This document shows positions 39,801 through 51,800 of a stretch of 64,000 bases of DNA, piece by piece; the first letter of the stretch is position 1; the number at the start of each line of letters is the position of its first letter. The position numbers and the translations under genes are program-made. The stretch is from the NCBI RefSeq assembly GCF_964355755.1, contig NC_092670.1, positions 30,368,388 to 30,432,387 on the forward strand, given 5' to 3'. The notes below the pieces were generated by a model. It worked only from the letters and a program-made list of their open reading frames with translations, was not told where the DNA came from and did not search any database. The DNA is from Antedon mediterranea (lineage: Eukaryota > Animalia > Echinodermata).

Positions 39801-42800
39801 GAAACGAATATCGAAATTGAAAGAGCTCACAGAAGCCCGATGGGGAAATTAGGCTATGCTCAGACCATTAGGAAATCTACGCCACGCCCAATCCTTGTTA
39901 AGTTGTTGAGGTACACAGACAGGGATCGAATTCTGCGAGCGGCTCCTAAATTACTGAAAGGCAAACAATACCACGGTAACTTTATCTTTATTTCTGATGA
40001 CGTTACATCCACCGTGAGAGCGGACCGTGCTAAGCTAAAAGTTGAGCAAAGTAAGCTTAGAAAAGATGGGAAATTCGCGCTTATTCCGTGGTCCGTGCCG
40101 GCATATATGTTGGTGAAAGATGGTGAGGGTAAGCTGAAACGAGTATACCCAAACTAATGTAGGCCTAGGCCTATATGGCTTTCGAATATCTTAATGACAC
40201 TCATCGGGCGGAGTGAACTTTATTTTATTTCTTTGTATTATTTGTCGTATACTATGTATTTTATATGATTATATTTGTTGTAGCTGGCGCCAACCACTGT
40301 TATGTACGGTATTATGAGGAACTTATTACTACAATTAGAAGAGATTGTTATCATTATTTTGTTTTTTGTTTGTTTTTTTATTATCTACTATTTTTTCTTG
40401 TGGGCTTGTGTAAATCATTACATGTATCTAAAGTATGTAATACGTTACTATGCCGGAATTTGAATATTTAAATTCTGACGGGAATAGGTATTCTGATTTG
40501 AATAACAATTCAATTAACGCCATGACTCCTTCAGCTTTCAACGACACATATGGATCAAACTTTCATCGCATATTTACAGCCTCTCATATAAATATTCGTT
40601 CAATTAAACACAATTTCGATGCAATGAGACTATTGTATGAAGATACTTTAAAAGAAAAATTTAAAATAATTGGAATTTCAGAAACATGGAACATCGATAA
40701 TCCAGAAAGCTATAAATTAGATTCATATTCATTTGAATATTGCTGCCGTGAAGAAGGAAGGGGTGGTGGCGTTGGCGCATATGTCCATAACTCTGTTAAA
40801 TATAAAAAAATAACATACAGCGTTGCCAAATCCGAATCAATATGGTTAGAGATAACAGATGGGAAGCAAGTGATTGTTGTCGGTGTTCTTTATAGAAAAC
40901 CAAACACAAATTTGAAATATTTTCAAGATGAATTGTTAAATGTTATATATTGCATTGGAGTAGATAAGAAACGTTGTATATTACTTGGCGACTTTAATGT
41001 TGATTTATTGGGGAATGATGGAATCAATGATTCATTTTGTACAGCGTTGCATTGCAGTTAATAACTGTTCCAACAAGGGTAACACCAACGTCGAAAACAA
41101 TTATTGATCACATTTATACAAACATAGATAATAATGTAATTGACTCTGGAACAATTGCATGCGATATTTCGGATCACTTTACCGATATTTGCTATATTCT
41201 CTGAATTGAATTTGTCAAGTTTTGTTAAGGAGAGTGTTGTATGTAGAGATTATAGTCATTTTTTATCTGAATGTTTTATAAATGATGTATCGCAATTAGA
41301 TTGGAACCAAGTCTATTCCCGTAATGATGTTGATGGGGTGTATGATACTTTTCATTTAATTTTTTATGAGTGCTGTAATAAATATGCTCCAATAGTTGAA
41401 CGGTCATTAAATAATATTCGAAAATCAAAACCTTGGATTTCTCGATCGAACTATATTCAAAAGTAATAAAATCGGGTTATGACAATATCAAAGTAGCTGA
41501 ATATAAAAGACATCGAAATATGTTGACAACATTATTAAGGGACTCAAAAAGAACTTATTATACTAATTTATTGACGCAAAATCGTAGTAATTCCACTAAA
41601 ACGTGGGAAACTATAAATGGTTTGCTCGGAAAAAATTATTCAAACAGCAGCCCCACCTTACCAGAAAAAGTGATAAATAAAAATGGAGCTGAGGTATCTC
41701 ACCCTAAGCAGATTGTAGATAGCTTTAATCATTTTTTCACAAATATCGGTCCAAATCTCTCCAAAGAAGAAAGTCCAACGATAAAAACATTTAGTGATTA
41801 TTTAGCAGCGAGCCTTTAAATAAATCTTTCTTTTTAACACCAACATCTCATGAAGAGATTTATAATTTGATAAACGCCCTTGATAAGAGGAAATCGACTG
41901 GACATGATAATTTACCTGCCAAACTTATTATTATTGCTGCTGAGCACATTGCCATACCATTAGCTTATATTTTTAATTTATCGTTTTCTCAAGGTAAATT
42001 CACAGATTCATTTAAAACAGCCAGAGTCATTCCCTTATTTAAGAAAGGTTCCAAGGATAATCCTGGACATTATCGTCCCATATCAATTTTACCAATTCTT
42101 AGCAAAATTCTAAATAATAGACTTATATATTTCTTTGAAAAGTTTAATATTTCATCAGCATCAATACGGGTTTAGAGAAAAATACAGCACAAAATTGTCA
42201 CTTATAAATTTAGTTAACCATCTTCTACAACAATTTGATGATGAAAATAATTCTATTGGCATAATTTATAGACTTTATGAAAGCATTCGACACGATTAAT
42301 CATGAAATATTAATATCTAAACTACAACACTATGGAATAAGAGGTCAACCATTATATTGGTTAACCGACTATTTAAAAGGAAGATTTCAATACGTGGCTG
42401 CTGACCAAATTAGTTCTGATAAACTCCCAATCTCATGTGGAGTCCCACAGGGATTAGTATTGGGTCCAACCCTGTTTCTGATCTACATAAATGATATTTC
42501 TCATTCTACTAATTTTTTTGAATTTAGGCTGTTTGCAGATGATACTAATTTATTTCATGATTTCTCTGGCAATAATATTGATCTCTCTATAATTAATTAT
42601 ACTGTAATTTTCAACATGTCATTGAATGGTGCAATGCAAACAAATTAACTATTAACGTTGGTAAAACAAATTATATTGTATTCTGTAACAGGAATAAAAA
42701 TGTTTCTACTAACTGTAACATATACGTAAAACATAAACAACTTAATGAAGCAGAAGAAGTAATGTTTGTTGGTGTTAAGATTGATAAACATTTAATTTGG

Positions 42801-45800
42801 AATAGTCATATTAATTATGTTAAAAACAATATTAGAAAGAAGGCAGGCATTTTATTTAAACTAAGATATTTGTACCCACAAATAAATTAATCTTATTATA
42901 TAAAATGTTTATTCAACCAAGTATCACTTATGGCACAGAAGTTTGGGGTAGAGCACGTATAAAACATATTTACAACCTATTTGTGTCATTCAAAAAATGT
43001 GTATGCGGTGTATAACTTTTTCTGATTTGAATGCTTCGTCATCTCCGATATTTAAGCAACTTAATATTCTAGATGTTCATAAACTATACGAATTATGTGT
43101 ACTTAATTTTGTTTTTGATTTATATAATAGAAACTCTTTACATCAAATCAGTTATTATTTTAGTAAAGTTGATCATTTACAAACTACTAGGTTTAAACAA
43201 GGTAATAACCTATCTATCCCAAAAGCCCGTACTATGGCAGGTCAATTTAGAATTTCGTTTACTGGCACAAAATTTTGGAATAATTTATCACTCGACATAA
43301 AAAATAATACATCAAAAAGTAATTTCGTAAAAAATATAACTGAACTACTATTATCGAGATACTGATTAATGCTGGCCACCTCTTTCTTTTTGTCATTATT
43401 GTGTTGTTTTTTTTTTCACATTATTGTATAATTATATTATCAAAATCGTTTGCACTGAACAGTATTATATTTGTTAATCAGGTGTAAACCATTGACTAGC
43501 GAACGCTATTTGTTTATACCGTTTTGCCTTTGGTGAATAAAGAATTATATATATAAACTCAAGTTTAAAAGCTCTCGTTTTAATATTAGGAGGGACACGT
43601 TCTCCAGGAGAGTTATTCTCTTAAGGAATGCTCTGCCTATGGATGTAGTTTCATGTGCTACGGTGAACTTGTTCAAAGAAAAACTTAACGTCGCATGGTC
43701 CAACCACCCGCTGAAGTTTTCACCCTATTTAGAATATGATTTTATTGCTAAGAGGGGCTTTTAAGCACGGAGTGCTTCGCCTCGATCCCGTAGACGAAAG
43801 TGTACGGGAAACAGGTAAACAAGTAAACACCATTTAAGAATAATACTGTAATGAAGAAATAATTTTGTATAGTAAACATATACATTTGCTTTTGAATGTA
43901 TTTATAAAATAATTTTAACTCTTTACTAAAAGATAATACATTGATTCATGTATAATTAAGTACATACAAATGAAAATAATTAGTATACATTTATAACACA
44001 CCTACACTAAGTGTATTCATGCCATTTGATTGGTTGGTTGATATCACTCACATGCCCACATGTCATACAACATTCTATCCATACCCTTACACTTCACATT
44101 CAGGATTTTTTTTAAATTGGAGATTGTGTGTGGCTGTTGAATAATACTTGCATGCTAAAAAACAAGTATGTGTTGACTCAACTACATAACATACAGTATC
44201 CTACTGCATTATAGTTTTTTTCTATGATTTCCTGTAAAATAAAAGGAAATAATAATAAAAAGGCTTCACCATTATATTTTGTTTTGTTTTTTTAATCAAC
44301 CTAAAGTAACTGTTGCTCTGTGCAAATTACCAACAAATTATTTATAGGATTCAGTACAAGGTAAACAATCATCAGATTCCTTCAGTCAATTTGGAAGTGC
44401 AACTCCTAAGAAGTTAAGATAATGTACAGGTCAATTCTTTATTTGGTTCTATTGATTTCCCTGTTTGATATTAGTAAGGCTTTCTTTGAAGATGAGGTTG
44501 GCTGGAGATATCGATATAACACTTCGGTTAACCATAGTCTTGCAATTCTACCATCCGATAAAAAGTTTGAAGGGCAGATTGGAAGAAAATATCCTGATAA
44601 CAATACTACAGTGATTTGTTCACTGTTTTTATTGTTAAATGTACTACAAAATGAAGAAAAACAATTTGAAGGATTATACTTGTGTCAGGATATTAAGGAT
44701 AAGAAACACTATGTGGTTCCTTCAGTTACTTATAAGAATGGACTTGATCAAGAGAAACCCACAAAAGTTAACTGTAAGACAAATTTTGGAAACATTATTG
44801 AGGGAAAAGAAGCAAGTATTTCATGCACATTGAACAATGTCAAAAGCATATACAAAATAACAACTGGATGGATCCAAGGAAAATATAGCATCATCCAGTC
44901 ACACAATGTAGATTACCAATTTAGTCAGACTTTTACTGGTTTTCAAGCAGGAGATGGTATCTTCTTTTGCTGCATAATGAAAAATAACAAGGGCAAAGTG
45001 AAAAATAACATGGGCAAAGTGAAAAATGACATGTATATTTGCTATACATTAATATTAAAGGTTGACCAAAGCTTAAATGTAACTAGCATTATACTAGCAA
45101 CAAGTACTAGCATACTGACAGTTATTGTACTTTTGTTACTTTTCCTACTTAAGAGAAAGAGTACCAACAGACCACGACCTCCTGTACGTTATCAAACGGT
45201 AAATTATCCAATCAGGCCAGAAGACGAGAATGTGTACAATACCATTGATGATACTGCAGTGGCTGCTGGCAGGAATGTCTATGTTATTACTGGAACTCAG
45301 ACTGATAACCAGAGTTCTAGAGATGCAGAAACCAACGACATAGAATTAGACACTAACAGTAGAGAATTCAATGGAAATGATGCTGCAGCACCAGATTATT
45401 TTGTACTGGAATCATAACATGGTTATTGCAGTTTCATTATTCACACTTTGGTTGCTGGTAAATGCTTTGTTTCTTTTGTGTTCACTCATTCGATAGACCA
45501 TACGTCATAAAAGGTGTTTTCCAAGGACCCTCTGTTTTCCTGTGACTATTGTATGTTTCAAACCTAAACATTGTTTTTATCTGATTTTTAATCTGAATGC
45601 TGTCTGTAAACAGACTTTACTTGCATTTTATCTTTTTAAATGTATTTTTATTCAGCAAAACACTACATAAATAAACAACACAAAGATTTAAGTGGAGTGC
45701 TGAGGATGTCGGGATTCAAGATCCTCACCAGGAACTTCAGCTACTAAACCACAAATATGTGAAGTTTTTAATATATTCTTAAAAATAAGCCAGTTTTTGC

Positions 45801-48800
45801 AAATTAATCTAATATTGTTTTCTATTTTTTAAATATGCCCTTAAATGAAAATAATTAACAGCACAAAATATCGTACAATTATTATTAGCAAAAAAAGGTA
45901 TTTTATGGAAAATAGCAGTTTTTTGTTTGCGTATTGGGTCTCGTGTCAGGTCTCTGGTCTCGGGTCTCTAGTTTCGAAACACCCGTTAAAAACAGATGAT
46001 TTCATTTTTACAGAAACCGGTCCTATATATTTGTCTACTTTTGGATTGGAGGGAGGGTAGTTGACCGGGGGGTAGTTTACCGGGGGGTAGTTGACCGGGG
46101 GGTAGTTGACCGGGGGGTAGTTGACCGGGGGGTAGTTGACCGGGGGGTAGTTGACCGGGGGGTAGTTGACCGGGGGGTAGTTGACCGGGGGGTAGTTGTC
46201 CTAAGGGGGTAGTTGTCCTAAGGGGGTAGTTGTCCTGAGGGGGTGGTTGTCCTGAGGGGGTGGTTGTCCTGAGGGGGTGGTTGTCCGGAGGGGGTGGTTG
46301 TCCGGAGGGGGTGGTTGTCCGGAGGGGGTGGTTGTCCTGAGGGGGTGGTTGTCCGGAGGGGGTAGTTGTCCTGAGGGGGTAGTTGTCCTAAGGGGGTAGT
46401 TGTCCGGGGGGTAGTTGTCCGGGGGGTAGTTGTCCGGGGGGTAGTTGTCCGGGGGGTAGTTGTCCGGGGGGTAGTTGTCCGGGGGGTAGTTGTCCGGGGG
46501 GTAGTTGTCCGGGGGGTAGTTGTCCGGGGGGTAGTTGTCCGGGGGGTAGTTGTCCGGGGGGTAGTTGTCCGGGGGGTAGTTGTCCGGGGGGTAGTTGTCC
46601 GGGGGGTAGTTGTCCGGGGGGTAGTTGTCCGGGGGGTAGTTGTCCGGGGGGTAGTTGTCCGGGGGGTAGTTGTCCGGGGGGTAGTTGTCCGGGGGGTAGT
46701 TGTCCGGGGGGTAGTTGTCCGGGGGGTAGTTGTCCGGGGGGTAGTTGTCCGGGGGGTAGTTGTCCGGGGGGTAGTTGTCCGGGGGGTAGTTGTCCGGGGG
46801 GTAGTTGTCCGGGGGGTAGTTGTCCGGGGGGTAGTTGTCCTAAGGGGGTAGTTGTCCGGGGGGTAGTTGTCCTAAGGGGGTAGTTGTCCGGGGGGTAGTT
46901 GTCCTAAGGGGGTAGTTGTCCTAAGGGGGTAGTTGTCCTAAGGGGGTAGTTGTCCTAAGGGAGTAGTTGTCCGGGTGGTAAACATCCGGGGGGTAACTGT
47001 CTAGGGGGTAGGTGTCCTAGAACCGTATAATCACATACTGGAACTGTGCACAATATTTCATTCCATAAGATCCTCTATAATTAAAATATTACCAAGTACT
47101 GTATTCCACCTCTCACTTCGGAGAAAGAATGTAAGAGATTAATCGCAAGCAACAGTTGGATAATCAATCATTTCCTAATTGGTCAAATTAGCTCTTGGTG
47201 CATGCAGATAATACTTGTTGTCATATTTTGTAAAATGTATCTGTCAAACTAAGCAAATGTTTGAACTGGGCAGGTTGATAGCCCACCGCAGTATGTTTAA
47301 TTTCAGAATTTTCCTTCCTCTAGTTGGTTGACTTGAGTGTCGCAGAATAACAATTTTCACCCAAATATTAGATGACATTATGATGTTACATTGTTGGGTG
47401 TCTGAAAACCCCATGCTCCCTAAACTTACTTTAGAACAGTATGTAGGAATGTTTGATCCATAATATAAAACAAATATACTTTGCATAAAACTGAAATAGG
47501 AGGCATATTTTTACTAAAAGCCCCTTAGGATTTGTTTAAAATGGGAGTACTAACATTAATATTAATAGTTCATCGGTTTATAATCATTCCCCGAATCCAT
47601 CCCTAATACAGGCTAATATCCTGTGATCCAGATTTGTGATTTAGCTAAAGTTGTTTGTGAGTGTGGATGTTACCATGTTTGTTTATATCACTGCTGCTGT
47701 GATTCCTTAATACAGAAAACACAGTTTTCTATTATTTCCTAATTGTAAAAAAAGATACAAATAAAGGGAAATAATTTGAACTGTGCACTGTATCTTTACC
47801 ACATGGGTTATTCCCATACCTTAGCAATCTGCAGCTGCAGAGGTTATGTGATATTTTTGTTTTTACTGATTACAGCATATATGCAAAAAGTTGTGTCCCA
47901 ACATTATGTTTGCTGTGTCTTACAAAGTTTAAATTAGCTTAGCAAGAAATAATGTATATTAGCATTTTTATGAAACAAATAAATGTAAAGTATTCAGCAA
48001 CCACAGTTTTTGTATAATTTTCTATTGTAACAAAGATAAAAATAAAAGGAAATCATTTAAACCAAACCCAAAGTAATGATAGTTTTGTTTGTGTTTTTAT
48101 TTTCAACTTCCTTATTGCGAAATTATCAACAAGAATAATTTAATATTAGATTCAGTTTCCTGTAGATTAACAGCAGTTATTTCAAAGTTAGTGAATTTAT
48201 ACATCTGAATTACTAAGCAGTGTATGCTCCAAGTATTAATGAGACTGATTTCTCTAACGCTTTTGATTCCGTTTCTCATGATTTGCTTATTTTTAAACTT
48301 TCAAAATTTGGTTTATCCGGTTCACTTTTAAGTTGGTTTAAAAGCTATTTAACTAATAGACAACAGCGTGTTGTCATTGGGGGAGAGACATCTGATTGGC
48401 TCCCTGTGTTATCGGGCGTTCCGCAGGGCTCGATCCTGGGCCCGCTTTTGTTTAATTTATTTATCAACGATCTTCCTTTAAAATTTAATCATTCCGAGTC
48501 TCTTTTATTTGCTGACGATCTGAAATTGTTTAAAGTGATTACCACTCCACAGGATGCTTTTTCACTTCAGGAGGATCTGGATGGTCTCGTGGAATGGACA
48601 GAGAAGTGGGGGATTAAACTTAATGCTAATAAATGCAAATATTTATCTATAACACTTAAAAAAAGGCCTGTGCTCTTCAATTATAATCTGAATGGACATG
48701 ATCTTGAGATGGTTTATGTATGGAAAGATTTAGGTATTTTTATTGATAGTAAATTAAATTTTTGTTCACATATTAATCATGTGTTGTCAAAAGCTAATAG

Positions 48801-51800
48801 AATGATGGGCTTGATATGGAGAAATTGTAGGTTTATGAACGACGGCAGGGCACTTTTATCTTTATACAAATCTATTATACGTCCTCACCTTGAATATTGT
48901 TCCGTAATTTTCAATTCAATTTCTCCATTTCGGGCCCGTCGAATCGACACTGTTCAACGGAAGTTTGTACGATTCCTGTCTTATAACTGTGTTAATTTTG
49001 CCTTTTCCATTGATTCTGTCAGCAATCGTCGAACGATATCTGATATGGTTTTTCTATATAATATTTTAAATTCTAAATATGACTGTTCATTCATTTCACT
49101 ATTTAGTTTAAATGTTCCTGGTCGTACACGAAATAGACATTTATTGCATATTCCTTTTAGCCGTGTCGACTGTACTAAAGAGGGGACTTTTTCATAGACT
49201 ACCTTATACATGTAATAATCTAAATAGCAATCATATCGATATTTTTAATGATAGACTTGGTTATTTTAAGAGGACGATTATGTGTTCACTTCTTGAACAG
49301 CCTGCATAACCTGTTTGATTAATTGAAATTGTTTATGGCATGCCGATCTATGTTATATATATATATATATTTTATCTGTATTTTATTGTTAATCGTTTTT
49401 GATGTTGTATTGTTTTATGTTTCAAACCTGTTAGTGGCGGTATTTATCAATGTTGGTTTTGACTGAAAAAAATAAAAATAAAAATAAAATAAAATAAAAT
49501 TAAGTTTAGTTTTATCAACCACCACATCTTATGGCGGTGTCAATCCCTTTATATTTAACTGGTTTCTTAATTTTCGTCCATGTAACAGCAGTGCTAGTTC
49601 CACCTCTGTTGTTGAGTGTGGAGTGTTTCTATATAAAAATAAAAATGACTGTACATATTGTTTAACCTCTTTCCCTTCTAATGATGCAGTTTGTATTGTT
49701 TGTTTTAACACTTTGTTAAACCTTTCTACTGCCCCATTACTCTGTGGGTGATAAATAGCAGAATGCAAAGGCCTAATATCCCTTTGTTTCAGAAATTGTT
49801 TCATTTCATAACTGACAAACTGAACTCCATGATCAGTTATCAATTCTAATGGGTAGCCCTCCCGAGAAAATACCCCCAACAGAAAATCTATTACGACTTG
49901 TGTGGTAACTTTTGGTACAAAACATACTTCTGGCCACTAAGAATAATAATCAATTAGAGTAATGGCAAATCTGCACTGGTTTGGTAGTAAGTCTCAGGGT
50001 CCCACTATATCTAGTCCCAACTTTTCCCAGGGCATTGATGGGTATTCTATGGGTGTCATTGGAGCTTTTGAAATCTTTACCGTTTTATCATGTTCTATAC
50101 ACACAATGCAATGTTTAATTATATTTTCTACCTGGGTATCCATTCTTGGCCACCAATACAATTGTCTTAATCTTTTCTTAGTTCTCATTATCCCTTGGTG
50201 AGCCTCATGTGCCTTGTAAATTAAATGATCTGTTAGGGAGTCTGGTACCACCACCCTATCACCTCTGTAAACTCTATTTTCTAATAAATTAATTCCTCCC
50301 GTACTTTATAATAATGGCAGTATGTTACTATCCAACATATCCTTACTTTCAGGCCAACCAGACTATGTAGTATTTAATCACTTTCTGTTGGGTTTGATCT
50401 TTATCTACCTCAGCCTTAAATTGTCCTAGGGTTATACAACACTCTTCTTCTATCTCTACTAAACATACCACAGCAATTTCATTGTTCTCTTCAGAGGACC
50501 CCCCTTCATATTCCAATGGCAGACGAGATAATCCATCTGCCACAACATTATCAGAGCCTGGTTTGTATTCAATGGTGTAGTTATAATTTAGCAGCCTTGC
50601 ACCCCATCTAGCTATACGCATAGGTCTGTGGCCATTCCCACTGGATGCTAACAGTGTTGTCAGTGCTTTGTGATCGGTTCGTAGTGTAAAATGTCTACCC
50701 CATAGGTACGTATGAAATTTCTCAATTGAGTACACACATGCCAAGGCTTCACGTTCGCCTGTGGAATATTTTCTTTCTGCACATGTTAACTTCCTTGATG
50801 TGAAAGCTATGGTTACTTCCTTCCCTTCGATTAGCTGGGTGAGAACCGCCCCTATTCCATACCCTGATCCATCTGTTGTCACAATTACTTCCCTTTCTGG
50901 GTCAAACAAGGCAAGGGCTGGACATGTCACAATGCTCTGCTTAATCAATGCAAATGCCCCACTGGCCCTTTCATCCCAGTCAAATTCCTCCCCTAATTGA
51001 ATATCCGTTAGTGGCTGTACAAGAGTTGCATAATTCTTGATAAATTTGGAATAGTATCCGGCTAACCCCAGAAAGGATTTCACCTGCTCTTTATTTTCTG
51101 GAACCGGAGCGCATTTTATTGCTTTAAATTAACTAAATCTGGGTTTGGGTGAAGCCACTCTGAATCTAATACATGGCCCAAAATTTTAACGCTCTCCAAA
51201 CTCACACTTGTCATTGAGGCGCATTCCATACTGTTGAAGCCTATTTAGTACTGCCTTTTGATCTGTGTCATGGTCTGATTTAGTCCTGCCAAAAACAAAA
51301 ATATCATCAATAAAGTACCCAATATTAGGAATTCCTTGCAGTATTATTGACATTAATTTTTGAAATGCGGTAGGAGCAGAAGCCAACCCAAAGCACACCT
51401 TTTTAAATCTGTACAAACCCTTGTGGGATACAAACGTTGTAAGGTCTCTACTATTTTCATGTAAATTTAACTGATGATATGCAGACTTCAAATCTAATTT
51501 GCTAAACAACTTAGCACCTGACATGGTATCTAATAATTCGTCAATTTTTGGTAAAGGGTGTTTTTCAATTACTATGGATTCATTTACTTTTCTCAAATCA
51601 ACACAAAGTCGTATTCCACCATTCTTCTTCCAAACAACTACTAATGGAGACACCCAATCGGTTGCCCCCTTAACCCTTTCAATAATTCCTTCCTTCTCCA
51701 ACCTATTCAACTCATTCGTAACTTTGTCCCGAACTGCCAGAGGCAGTCTTCTCAATGCTTGCTGCACAGGTGGCACTTGGGAATTAATCTTAACTGTATG

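Larger units (their letters stand above)
39245..43550 (+). mobile_element. LINE C (L2/Crack/Daphne-group), full length with two ORFs, inserted in LINE A
   Basis: Intact ORF1, frameshifted ORF2 (ISETW, GDFN, KAFDT, GVPQG, FADD), AATAAA tail, possible ATAT target duplication (39241-39244 / 43551-43554). Confidence 0.88.
31660..43828 (+). mobile_element. LINE A (CR1-type), 5'-truncated, in three pieces: about 31660-33720, 38892-39244 and 43551-43828
   Basis: APE motifs (GDFN, SDH); RT motifs (QFGFR, DYKKAFD, GIPQGS, FEDD). Reading continues ..KRAN | [15 protein letters not shown] | KLKFK..FSRRVI..NALP. 3' stem-loops and an (ACAGGTAA)-like tail. Confidence 0.88.

Noticed and set aside
43745-43810. 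Hairpins with GAAA as a hammerhead ribozyme
   Set aside because: No CUGANGA core; they fit a CR1 3' stem-loop
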